Assembly: GCA_044869275.1 (NCBI GenBank)
Contig: JBIOXB010000001.1
Span: forward strand, 1-26,333
DNA from: a bacterium
Lineage (GTDB): Bacteria; Zhuqueibacterota; Zhuqueibacteria; Zhuqueibacterales; Zhuqueibacteraceae
DNA: 26,333 bases
Direction of reading: 5' to 3'
Part shown: piece by piece, positions 9,266 to 17,393 of the stretch
How the letters are laid out: each line of letters starts with the position of its first letter
How positions within the stretch are numbered: position 1 is the first letter of the stretch
Translations under genes and position numbers: made by a program
The notes under the pieces: generated by a model
What the model was told of the DNA's origin: nothing
Database searches by the model: none
What the model saw: only the letters and a program-made list of their open reading frames with translations

Positions 9266-9316
9266 TTTTACACGTTACACTTTACACGTGTAAGGTGAAA
9301 CGTGTAACGTGTAAAA
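9266..9316. repeat. Inverted 7-mer tandem repeat (hairpin)
   Basis: TTTTACACGTTACAC (9266-9280) and its exact reverse complement GTGTAACGTGTAAAA (9302-9316), built from TTACACG units. Confidence 0.85.
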
Positions 9317-9339
9317 ACATGCATCAAGGAGAAACGATC

Positions 9340-9897
9340 ATGTTACGAAAAATGCTTTCCGCGATGAGCCTGAGCTTCGCTTTTTTTGTTTTGCTGGGCT
9401 CCAATTGCAACCAGCCCGCACCAGTGACCAGGCCGGGGAGTCCTTACGACGGCTCGGCATTCTGGGCCCGCGATATTGCGCAGCCACTGATCACCAATTT
9501 CGCCAATGACGCGCAGTTGCACAATATCATGGGTGCACAAGTCATAGTCGATGGCCGCTTGCCGGCCAATTTGGGCAACTGGAGCATCGTGGCGTGGAGC
9601 CCTTCGCGCCAGGAAGAATTTCAAGTAATCGTGCGAAACGACGGCACGACTTCGACGAGTACACGGCAACAAACTTCAGCTCCCGGGGCGAACAATCAAC
9701 CGATTCCTGCCGGCTGGGTCAACAGCACGGTTATTTTCAATGCCACCACCGGACACCGTGATCCCGGTGCGACCATGGCAACGTTGGCAGTATTCAATAT
9801 TGCCACTTATACGCGCCCGGCGTGGGGTTTGAACTTCAACGCCGGGGTGAATCAATATGTAAATTGGGATGGCACGTATATCGGAACCAGCCCCTAA
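9340..9897 (+). CDS. Hypothetical exported protein, possible lipoprotein
   Basis: AAGGAG SD before ATG 9340. Hydrophobic leader ending LLGSNC. Asn/Thr/Trp-rich mature part with no recognised family. Confidence 0.7.
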   Translation: MLRKMLSAMSLSFAFFVLLGSNCNQPAPVTRPGSPYDGSAFWARDIAQPLITNFANDAQLHNIMGAQVIVDGRLPANLGNWSIVAWSPSRQEEFQVIVRNDGTTSTSTRQQTSAPGANNQPIPAGWVNSTVIFNATTGHRDPGATMATLAVFNIATYTRPAWGLNFNAGVNQYVNWDGTYIGTSP

Positions 9898-10228
9898 TCC
9901 GCCCGTGCCTTGGCCGGTCTCGACATCTTTTTACTTTGGTGCTTGTTTTTCTCATACATTGTCTGTACGTTGTTCTTGCGTGCCAGACAGGACCGTTAAA
10001 CCACGGCATTTCGAGGGCACGTGTGGCAGCCGCTTCGAAAGGAGCGATGCTGCCTGTACCACACAGCGGCTTTTGTCGAAGTTCTTCTCACTCTCACTTC
10101 CTTGCACGCTTTCCAAGGCTCTGTTTTGTGGAGCGGGAACATCACTTCTCTGCAGCCCTCCTGGTGAAACCTGTTTCTCACTGCAAACTATTTACCCATG
10201 CTTCTCACTCTCATTTCAGGATCGTTCG

Positions 10229-10543
10229 ATGAAGATTTTCGTCGGTAATCTTTCACGCCGCGTCACTTCAGACGCGTTGCAGCAACTGTTTGAAACCTTT
10301 GGGCAGGTCGCTTCTATTGAAATTATCAAAGATAAGTTCAGTGGCGAATCAAAGGGCTTCGGCTTTGTGGAGATGCCCACCAAAAGCGAAGCGGATGCCG
10401 CGATGGCCGGGCTCAATGGCCGTGATCTGGATGGCAAATCGCTGACCGTCAATGAGGCGCGCCCGCGCACCAACGACAACAGGCGCGGCGGCGGTGGTGG
10501 CGGCGGTTTTGAACGCCGTGGCGGCGGCGGACGCTCCTGGTAG
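10229..10543 (+). CDS. RRM RNA-binding protein with glycine/arginine-rich tail
   Basis: RNP2 IFVGNL, RNP1 KGFGFVEM, LTVNEARPR and tail RRGGGGGGGFERRGGGGRSW. Confidence 0.95.
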   Translation: MKIFVGNLSRRVTSDALQQLFETFGQVASIEIIKDKFSGESKGFGFVEMPTKSEADAAMAGLNGRDLDGKSLTVNEARPRTNDNRRGGGGGGGFERRGGGGRSW

Positions 10544-10743
10544 CCCGTTCATGGACCACCTTTGCAGGGCGAGCTGGAATGAGGGTGGCAAATAGTAGCG
10601 TTGCCCTCGATATTTCCATGCAGAGTGGCAACAAGAACGCCATTCTGGAAGAATCTTTTTAAGCCTTTGGCACGTGGTTGAATGAAAAATGCGCGGCCAG
10701 CGCTTAAAAAGATTCCCACGGAATGATCTCGAAGGGTCCAGTT

Positions 10744-11409
10744 ATGCAAGAGCCCATTCGCCTATTCATCGTGGACGATAATCGCCTGCTGCGCGAAGGC
10801 TTGGTTTCCATGCTCGCGGAGCAGGAAGGAATCACCGTCATCGGCGCAGCGGCCAGCGGCCACAAGGCTCTGGAACAAATCAAGGATTCACGCCCGGAAG
10901 TGGCGTTGATTGATATTGGCATGCCGTCAAAGGATGGCATCGAGGTGACACAGGCACTGCGCCAGCAGGCGCCGGAGGTCAAGGTGATCATTCTCGGCAT
11001 GTCCGATTTAGCGGCTGAAATCATGGCTTGCATCGAGGCCGGGGCCGCGGGATATGTTTTGAAAGAAGCCTCATTTGACACGCTGGTCGAAACCATCCGT
11101 GCGATCCGCCGTGGCGAATCGTTCAGCTCGCCCCGCATGACGGCTTCGCTTTTCTCGCGCATCGCGGAGCTGGCGGGCGAACGTGTGCTGAAAATACCGC
11201 TCAGCTCAGTCAAGCTGACGCTGCGCGAGGTGGAAATTATTAACCTGGTTGCCGAAGGGTTGTCCAACAAGGAAATTGCCCGGCGTCTCTCCATCGAAGC
11301 GCAGACCGTAAAAAATCACATTCACAATATTCTCGACAAGCTCCAACTGCACAACCGCCTCGAAGCGGTGGAATATGCCCGCGAAAGAAAATTGCTGCAA
11401 GAGAAGTAA
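10744..11409 (+). CDS. NarL/LuxR-family response regulator (paralog 1)
   Basis: Receiver IVDD, LIDIGMP, YVLK; LuxR HTH LTLREVEII...GLSNKEIA...TVKNHIHNILDKL. Start chosen by alignment with paralog 2. Confidence 0.93.
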   Translation: MQEPIRLFIVDDNRLLREGLVSMLAEQEGITVIGAAASGHKALEQIKDSRPEVALIDIGMPSKDGIEVTQALRQQAPEVKVIILGMSDLAAEIMACIEAGAAGYVLKEASFDTLVETIRAIRRGESFSSPRMTASLFSRIAELAGERVLKIPLSSVKLTLREVEIINLVAEGLSNKEIARRLSIEAQTVKNHIHNILDKLQLHNRLEAVEYARERKLLQEK

Positions 11410-11552
11410 TCGTACCAGTACTTTCCTTCCCCCTAGGTACCAGTACTTTCCCCTCTAGGAATCTGACCAGGTTCATTCCTGAAGTAGTCCTGCCCTAGAC
11501 CCTTTTTGAACCCTCGGGTCTATTGTATCCCCCTTCTGACTTGCCGATATTA
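11410..11552 (+). promoter_or_regulatory. Conserved non-coding cassette, copy 1 (candidate regulator-binding/promoter region)
   Basis: Near-identical to 19431-19572. Contains GTACCAGTACTTTCC twice and inverted repeat TAGACCC-N13-GGGTCTA. The duplication is seen directly; the function is inferred. Confidence 0.65.
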
Positions 11553-11598
11553 GTCTATTGAATTCCATGTTCAGCAATAGCTGAATGTAAAATCCAAA

Positions 11599-11629
11599 AC
11601 TGACCGGTCACTTGAAGTGACCGGTCAGT
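11599..11629. repeat. Perfect 31-bp palindrome (REP-like or operator)
   Basis: ACTGACCGGTCACTT-G-AAGTGACCGGTCAGT; each arm contains the palindrome TGACCGGTCA. Confidence 0.85.
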
Positions 11630-11662
11630 GACCACTCTCTTAAGATCTTAGGAGCACAAATC

Positions 11663-11935
11663 ATGACAGCTTTCCTAGTTTACATCGTCGTTGGCGGCCT
11701 TATAGGTTGGGTTGCCAGCATCGTGATGCACACGAATGGGCAGCAGGGCATTCTGCTCAACGTCGTGGTGGGCATTATCGGCGCTTTCGTCGCCGGTATT
11801 GTGTTGTCGCCCTTGTTCGGCATTTCGACCATCGGTCAAGGCAACTATAGTTTGCCGGCGGTCCTGGTTACTCTCATGGGCGCCATCATCCTGCTCGCCG
11901 TCGTCAACCTGTTCCGGCGTGGCAGGGTGCGTTAA
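11663..11935 (+). CDS. GlsB/YeaQ/YmgE-family small stress membrane protein
   Basis: 90 aa, three Gly-rich TM helices, IVVGGLIGWVA...NVVVGIIGAFVAG...GAIILL. SD AGGAG. Confidence 0.9.
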   Translation: MTAFLVYIVVGGLIGWVASIVMHTNGQQGILLNVVVGIIGAFVAGIVLSPLFGISTIGQGNYSLPAVLVTLMGAIILLAVVNLFRRGRVR

Positions 11936-12022
11936 CCAACCCAGGTAAAACCGGTCTCAGGGTCCGCCGCAATGTTTGAAGTCGCGCGGCAAGGAAAATC
12001 ACAGGCGTTCAGGATGACGACG

Positions 12023-12079
12023 CAGTCCGAGAGTGGGATTCTTTTGAGAAAAAGATGAAGGCGCTCGGACTGTTTTTTT
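12023..12079 (+). terminator. Hairpin with T-run (candidate intrinsic terminator)
   Basis: CAGTCCGAG...CTCGGACTG stem, inner TCTTTT-GAGA-AAAAGA hairpin, followed by T7. Confidence 0.5.
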
Positions 12080-12112
12080 AGTACCAACGTCGTCCGTAAA
12101 GGGGCGCGGCGA

Positions 12113-12198
12113 ACTCATTTTACTCCTGCGCGTACTCTTACTCGCTATTCAACAAAATTAAGAGCGAGTATGAGTAAGAGTTAGGAGTACATAAGAGT
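12113..12198. repeat. Inverted degenerate 6-mer repeat
   Basis: TACTCCT..TACTCTTACTCGCT, followed by AGCGAGTATGAGTAAGAGTTAGGAGTA. Confidence 0.7.
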
Positions 12199-12242
12199 TT
12201 TTTTTCCGAGGTTGAACCGAACACTTTTCAAGGGAATTTATC

Positions 12243-12695
12243 ATGTCAAGGTTGATGCGAAGTCTCGTGGCGGTATGCTGTATGCTTATGGCTTTGCCGG
12301 TGTTGGCGCAGAACGGCGCGGCCAAGGTGGAGAATAAACTGAAGGACTATTTCAGTGGCGTTGCTCTCCAGGTGAAGCTGCAAAATGATCCGGCCCAAAA
12401 GAGAGAAATCTTGAATCGGAGTTTTGAAAAAGTGTTCAAAGCGGCGGATGGAATTGAACGAATGCCGGCTTTCTCACCCAGCGACCTGCAACTGGTGGCA
12501 GAGCTGCGCAGCCGCACCCAGGACAAATTCGACGAGCTAAACGGATTGAACAACTACCAGCCGGTCAGTGATGCCCAGCTCGACCACTTCGCCGATTATG
12601 TCGTCCAGGACACGGAACAGGCCGCAAAGACCGTGGTCATCACGACGACGACTGTGATCATCATCATTCTCCTCGTTCTGCTTCTGGGCGCTTAA
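12243..12695 (+). CDS. Hypothetical exported helical protein with hydrophobic C-terminal tail
   Basis: Signal peptide (..ALPVLA-Q), helical-looking core, C-terminus TVVITTTTVIIIILLVLLLGA. Confidence 0.8.
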   Translation: MSRLMRSLVAVCCMLMALPVLAQNGAAKVENKLKDYFSGVALQVKLQNDPAQKREILNRSFEKVFKAADGIERMPAFSPSDLQLVAELRSRTQDKFDELNGLNNYQPVSDAQLDHFADYVVQDTEQAAKTVVITTTTVIIIILLVLLLGA

Positions 12696-12753
12696 TGGAA
12701 ACAGAAGAACAATGGGCGACTGGCTGTGGACCTAAACGCTGCAAGAGCATAGT

Positions 12754-13821
12754 ATGAAGTCGAAGATCGCTATGGCGCTGCTGTTGGCCGTGTCGCTCGT
12801 TCTCATTTCATGCCATCGAAATTATGGGGTCCTGCGGGGCCAGGCTGTCTCCGGACCCCGTGAATCCGAGATCAAGAGCACGCTCGTCTTTTTTATCCAT
12901 GGCGACGGAAGCTATTCCTATCACGATCAAAAGGGAATGAGGTTCGAGGCCGACGCGGTCATCCTGCGGCAGGCCATTGCGATGGCGAAAAATTGCCCTC
13001 GTGTCGAGGTGTTCATCTTTCATCAAAAGCCGAAGAGAAAATGGCTGCTTCTCATTGACCGCCCGGACGGCTCATTTTACTATTTTCGCAACGGCGCGCA
13101 GTTGGCAAGCGGATCGTATCATCGCCGCTCGCACTTCTCAGAGCTGGACAGCGAAATTGAAATCTTCAAGATCTATCATGCTCCAAGCTCGGAGGAAAGA
13201 GTGTCCGGCTTTTTCTATTTCGGCCACGCTCTGTCAGAGCTTGACGAGAAGAGTTCACGCCCAAGCATGAACGTGTGCGGGCTCGCGCAGGGAATGTCGT
13301 GCCTGCTATCCGAAGTCGACCCGAATCAGATGAAATTCGATCTGGTGGTGCTCTCCGCCTGCTACAGCGGAACGCCGGGAATCATCGCGGAGCTTGCACG
13401 CTACAGCCGATATATCCTGGCCTCTCCCGAGGATCTGCACTTGGCTTATTTGGATATTCAACCACTGCGCCGCTTTAGCGAGGTCGGATTTTCTGAAGTA
13501 CAAACCTTTGCCCAGGAAATGGCCTCGCACTCTTTTGCGCGGCTTAAGGAGTGGACGCAAACTTCTATCGCCCTTGCGGTCTATGATATTGAGAGCATTG
13601 CGCCCTTTCTGCCAGAGTTACAAGGTCGCCAACCCGTTCGATTCCAAAATTCTCATCAGCCAGTGACGGTAAAGTATTGCGATTGTTTGGATAGCCCGTC
13701 CGCGGCCGCGGAAATCCCTTCAGTTGGTGTGGAGGTTTATTATCAGCCGCCGCGCTTTGGCCGTTTGAAAAACAAAACGAAACACTCCGGTTGGACTTGT
13801 TGGGAAGTCACGTCGCAATAA
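12754..13821 (+). CDS. Putative lipoprotein, clan CD (clostripain/CHAT-like) cysteine peptidase
   Basis: Lipobox-like LISC. Hydrophobic strand + His (FFYFGH), hydrophobic strand + Ala-Cys (FDLVVLSACYSG) and clostripain-like YILASPE. Confidence 0.65.
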   Translation: MKSKIAMALLLAVSLVLISCHRNYGVLRGQAVSGPRESEIKSTLVFFIHGDGSYSYHDQKGMRFEADAVILRQAIAMAKNCPRVEVFIFHQKPKRKWLLLIDRPDGSFYYFRNGAQLASGSYHRRSHFSELDSEIEIFKIYHAPSSEERVSGFFYFGHALSELDEKSSRPSMNVCGLAQGMSCLLSEVDPNQMKFDLVVLSACYSGTPGIIAELARYSRYILASPEDLHLAYLDIQPLRRFSEVGFSEVQTFAQEMASHSFARLKEWTQTSIALAVYDIESIAPFLPELQGRQPVRFQNSHQPVTVKYCDCLDSPSAAAEIPSVGVEVYYQPPRFGRLKNKTKHSGWTCWEVTSQ

Positions 13822-13916
13822 GCCGTGGATCCTGATAAAATTCAGGTAGGCCAGAATCTGGTTATCCTTCTTTTGAACGTCAAGTTTCATTAGGCACCGA
13901 TTCTGTCGAGGCAATT

Positions 13917-14066
13917 ATGAAAGAGCTGTTTTATTTTTCCTTCACGGATTTGATGGCGCGCATCGAGTATCATCAAGAAGCCAACTCGCTGGGCTATGCG
14001 ACGCATCAAAAAATAACCCTCCCTGAAATCATTCCCTCCGAGTTGAAATCTAAGTTTTTGGCTTGA
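13917..14066 (+). pseudogene. 49-codon ORF, possible truncated gene remnant
   Basis: GAGG upstream of ATG; MKELFYFSFTDLMARIEYHQEANSLGYATHQKITLPEIIPSELKSKFLA*. Below the ORF-track cutoff; its stop overlaps the -35 of the next promoter. Confidence 0.35.
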
Positions 14067-14091
14067 CTAAATAATAAGCTTTATTTAAAAT
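14063..14091 (+). promoter_or_regulatory. Sigma-70-type promoter for the KaiC-like operon
   Basis: TTGACT (14063-14068) - 17 nt - TAAAAT (14086-14091) in an AT-rich gap, ending 53 nt before the ATG. Confidence 0.7.
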
Positions 14092-14144
14092 ATCCCATTT
14101 ATATTCACCCTTGCTTTTGTACGCACATACGAGAATGAGAAAAA

Positions 14145-15602
14145 ATGAAAACAAAAGCTCTCGATCGTTTATTAACGGGTGTTGCAGGTCTTGATGAGAT
14201 CTTGGAAGGCGGGCTTGTCCCTGGACGTGCTTACATGGTGAGAGGTGGTCCCGGCACTGGCAAAACCACGCTTGGGCTGCATTTTCTCACCGCTGGTGCA
14301 GCCAACGGCGAAAAAGGCTTGTTCCTCACGCTCGCCGAACCGGAAGCGCAAATCCGTAAGAACGCCGAATCCATCGGCTTGAATCTTAATGGCATCGCCT
14401 TTCTCGACCTCAGCCCGACCCAGGAGTTCTTTGCCAAAGAGGAGGCCTACGATATCTTTTCACCCGCGGAAGTTGAACTACAGCCGATGACTCAAAAAAT
14501 AATTGCCCAAATTGAGACGATTAAACCACGGCGCGTCTTCCTGGACGCCTTGACGCATTTTCGCTATTTAGCTCTGGAAGCCTCCCAGTTTCGCAAGCAA
14601 GCGCTCTCCTTCCTGCGCTTTCTGATCGACCGGCAGGCTACGGTGGTTTTCACTTCGGAAGGAAGCGTATCGGCTCCTGACGACGACCTGCAATTCATCA
14701 GCGATGGGATCATCGAGCTTTTCTTTTCTCCTGAGGAGCGCATGCTCAAAGTAAGCAAAATCCGCGGCTCTGGCTTTCAAAGTGGTCACCACTCCATGCA
14801 ACTGAACGCAAAAGGCATGGAAGTCTTCCCCCGGTTGTTGCCGGAAGCCGTGGGATGGAAGCAGGGGGTCGAGATGATCCCCTCCGGCGTGCCAGAACTG
14901 GATCAACTGCTGAGTGGCGGACTGGAGCAGGGAACGATCACGGTCATCAGCGGCCCGAGCGGAGTCGGCAAAACCACCCTGGGGATGCAGATTATGAACG
15001 CAGCGGCGGCAAGAGGTGATTATCCGCTGGTCTACACCTTCGACGAGGATGTGGAGATCATCTTGCGTCGCTGTGACGCCATCAACATTTCCGCTCGCGC
15101 CATGAAGGAGCGTAACGCGCTGAGGTTGGAGAAAGTAGAGCCTCTACAATTCACCCCCGATCAATTCGCCCATTTAGTCCGCCGAGATGTGAAAAAGCAT
15201 AAGTCACGCCTGGTGATGATTGACAGCATCTCAGGTTACCAGCTTTCACTTCGGGGCAGAGACTTGGTCAGCCACCTCCATGGCCTATGCAAGTATTTAC
15301 AGAGCATGGGCCTGACCGTCATTTTACTTGCTGAAGTTGAATCGATTACCGGCCAATTCCGCGCGACCGATTTCAGCATCAGCTACCTGGCTGACAACAT
15401 TATATTTATGCGCTACCTGGAGCTCAAGGGAGAGATGCGCAAGGCAATCGGCGTGTTGAAGAAACGGCTGAGCGACTTTGAGAAAACGCTGCGCTGGTTC
15501 GAAATCACGCGCAATGGCATCAAGATCGGCGAATCCTTGATCGAGCTACGCGGGATCCTGAGCGGCCTACCGGAATGGGTTGAATCGTCACCAAAACCAT
15601 AG
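14145..15602 (+). CDS. kaiC: KaiC-like double-domain RecA-superfamily ATPase (KaiC/GvpD/RAD55 family)
   Basis: Two RecA-like domains: TGVAGLDEILEGG / GGPGTGKT / VFLDA / KIRG and SGVPELDQLLSGG / GPSGVGKT / VMIDS / KKR. Phosphosite-equivalent ISYLAD. The symbol denotes family only, not a clock ortholog. Confidence 0.9.
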   Translation: MKTKALDRLLTGVAGLDEILEGGLVPGRAYMVRGGPGTGKTTLGLHFLTAGAANGEKGLFLTLAEPEAQIRKNAESIGLNLNGIAFLDLSPTQEFFAKEEAYDIFSPAEVELQPMTQKIIAQIETIKPRRVFLDALTHFRYLALEASQFRKQALSFLRFLIDRQATVVFTSEGSVSAPDDDLQFISDGIIELFFSPEERMLKVSKIRGSGFQSGHHSMQLNAKGMEVFPRLLPEAVGWKQGVEMIPSGVPELDQLLSGGLEQGTITVISGPSGVGKTTLGMQIMNAAAARGDYPLVYTFDEDVEIILRRCDAINISARAMKERNALRLEKVEPLQFTPDQFAHLVRRDVKKHKSRLVMIDSISGYQLSLRGRDLVSHLHGLCKYLQSMGLTVILLAEVESITGQFRATDFSISYLADNIIFMRYLELKGEMRKAIGVLKKRLSDFEKTLRWFEITRNGIKIGESLIELRGILSGLPEWVESSPKP

Positions 15603-15612
15603 GAAATAGACG

Positions 15613-15981
15613 ATGAAGGACCAGACCTCGATTATTCTCACCATAAATAAAAACCATTCCAACCTCAAGCTGCTGACGGAATTCTTGAGCAAGAATGGAT
15701 TTCAAGCTCTCGGTGTGTCGAGCCTCGAAGAGTTTGATCAAGCCTTGGCAGAGGCAAGAGAAATTGGCCTGGCGCTGGTGGACATCACCGGTTTTGACCG
15801 AAGTATCTGGGAACGCTGCGAGTTGTTGCGCGAACAAAGCATCCCGTTGATCGTCATCTCACCAAAGCAGAGCGCCGATATTCGGCAAGAGAGTTTGGAC
15901 CATGGCGCTCAGAGTATGCTCATCAAGCCCTTGGTCACGAAAGAGTTGCTGGGAGTTATTCGTCATCTGTTGCAACAATGA
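15613..15981 (+). CDS. Single-domain atypical receiver protein
   Basis: REC pattern with ALVD, VIS and LIKP, but the acidic pocket after beta1 is replaced (ILTINKN). Confidence 0.82.
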   Translation: MKDQTSIILTINKNHSNLKLLTEFLSKNGFQALGVSSLEEFDQALAEAREIGLALVDITGFDRSIWERCELLREQSIPLIVISPKQSADIRQESLDHGAQSMLIKPLVTKELLGVIRHLLQQ

Positions 15982-17393
15982 TGAGCAGAATTTTGCTTTT
16001 CCTGGAGCACCAGGAAAATCGCCGCCTTTTGGCCACGATGCTTTCGCAGTATTACGAGGTATTGCTGCCGAAGTCAGATAAGGCCCTAAATGGAGTTTTC
16101 GATCTCTGTATTTTGGATGGTCCGGCCTTGCACCGGCTCCAGAAACAGGTGAAAGGCAGAAGAGAATCGGAGTCCACTTTTCTGCCTTTTCTCCTGGTAA
16201 CGCCGCGCCAGAACCTGGGCATAATTCACCAGTACCTCGGGAAGACGGTTGACGAGTTGCTCATCAGCCCGATCGAGAAAGTGGAATTATGGGCACGGGT
16301 GGAGATTGGTTTGCGCACGCGCCGGCTCTCGTTGGATTTGCAGAAGCAAGGCGAAGATAAGTATCGCCATATTTTCGAAAATGCGATTGAAGGCATTTTT
16401 CAAACCACGCCGGACGGGCACTTGATCACGGCAAATCCCGCGCTGGCCCGCATGTTGGGCTACGACTCACCTGAAGAGCTGATCAGGATTCGGCGACAAC
16501 TTTTTGTCGATCCGGCAAATCGTTTTGAATTCAAGCGACTGCTCGAGACCTCCGGCATCGTACAAGGATTTGAGCTCCAGCTCGTTCGCAAAGACGGCAG
16601 CAGGCGGTGGAATTCGGTGAATACCAGCGCCGTTCGTGGCGCCCGTGGCGCTGTGCTTTATTACGAAGGCACTGTAGAGGATATTTCGGAGCGCAAAAGG
16701 GCGGAAGCAGCGCTCAGAAAGATGCGTCAAAGTATCCTCGCCGCTCAAGAAGCCGAACGCAACAGAATCGCCCGCGAGCTCCACGATGAGGTTTGCCAGC
16801 GGCTGAGCGCCATGAAGCTACATTTGGGCGCCCTGGCAAATTCCTTCGGCCAAAGCAACAAAGCCGTGCTGCCCAAACTCCGGATCATCAAGCAACAGGT
16901 TGACAAGAATATAACCGAAGTGCGAAGAATATCTTTGCACCTGCGCCCCACTGCTCTGGATGACCTCGGTTTGGTTAAGGCGTTGCGGCAGTTGTGCAAC
17001 GAATTTCACCAAGACCATCATGTTGCCATTTCACTGCGGGCGATGAATTCTCTCTCTGCGCTTTGTGATGCAGCGAGGGGAATCGCGCTCTATCGGATTG
17101 TGCAAGAAGGACTCTCCAATATTTCCAAGCATGCGCAAGCAACCAGAGTCTTGGTAAAACTAGCGTATCGCCAAAACGGGCTTACGCTTGACATCGAAGA
17201 CAACGGCAAAGGCTTTATCCTGGAAAAGATGAAAGCGCCACATGCGGCGGGACAACAATTGGGCATATTGAATATGAAGGAGCGTGCCGAGCTTTTGGGA
17301 GGAACTTTTCGAGTGGAATCCGCCCGGCGGAAAGGCACCAGAATTCATGTGGAAATACCATTGGAATCTCATGAAACCTACGAAGAAAATTAA
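15978..17393 (+). CDS. Cytoplasmic histidine kinase: degenerate REC - PAS - HisKA_3 - HATPase
   Basis: PAS (YRHIFENAIEGIF...ANPALARMLGY...EDISERK), H-box ERNRIARELHD, LRPTALDDLGL, QEGLSNISKHA, IEDNGKGF, LGILNMKERA. No TM segment. ATGA overlap with the upstream gene. Confidence 0.93.
   Translation: MMSRILLFLEHQENRRLLATMLSQYYEVLLPKSDKALNGVFDLCILDGPALHRLQKQVKGRRESESTFLPFLLVTPRQNLGIIHQYLGKTVDELLISPIEKVELWARVEIGLRTRRLSLDLQKQGEDKYRHIFENAIEGIFQTTPDGHLITANPALARMLGYDSPEELIRIRRQLFVDPANRFEFKRLLETSGIVQGFELQLVRKDGSRRWNSVNTSAVRGARGAVLYYEGTVEDISERKRAEAALRKMRQSILAAQEAERNRIARELHDEVCQRLSAMKLHLGALANSFGQSNKAVLPKLRIIKQQVDKNITEVRRISLHLRPTALDDLGLVKALRQLCNEFHQDHHVAISLRAMNSLSALCDAARGIALYRIVQEGLSNISKHAQATRVLVKLAYRQNGLTLDIEDNGKGFILEKMKAPHAAGQQLGILNMKERAELLGGTFRVESARRKGTRIHVEIPLESHETYEEN

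Noticed and set aside
9869..10228. N-terminal extension of the RRM ORF (224 aa in the track)
   Set aside because: The RRM domain starts at MKIFVGNL (10229); the extension is non-protein-like and structured as RNA.
11410..11552. CRISPR array from the repeated 15-mer
   Set aside because: Only two short repeats about 10 nt apart, spacer nearly the same in both copies, and no cas genes.
11944..11975. c-di-GMP-I riboswitch-like start (GGTAAAACC ... CGCAA)
   Set aside because: No GNRA-capped P2 stem or convincing downstream consensus.
14145..15602. Bona fide circadian clock kaiC
   Set aside because: No kaiA/kaiB in the window, SY rather than ST phosphosites, and no KaiA-binding tail.
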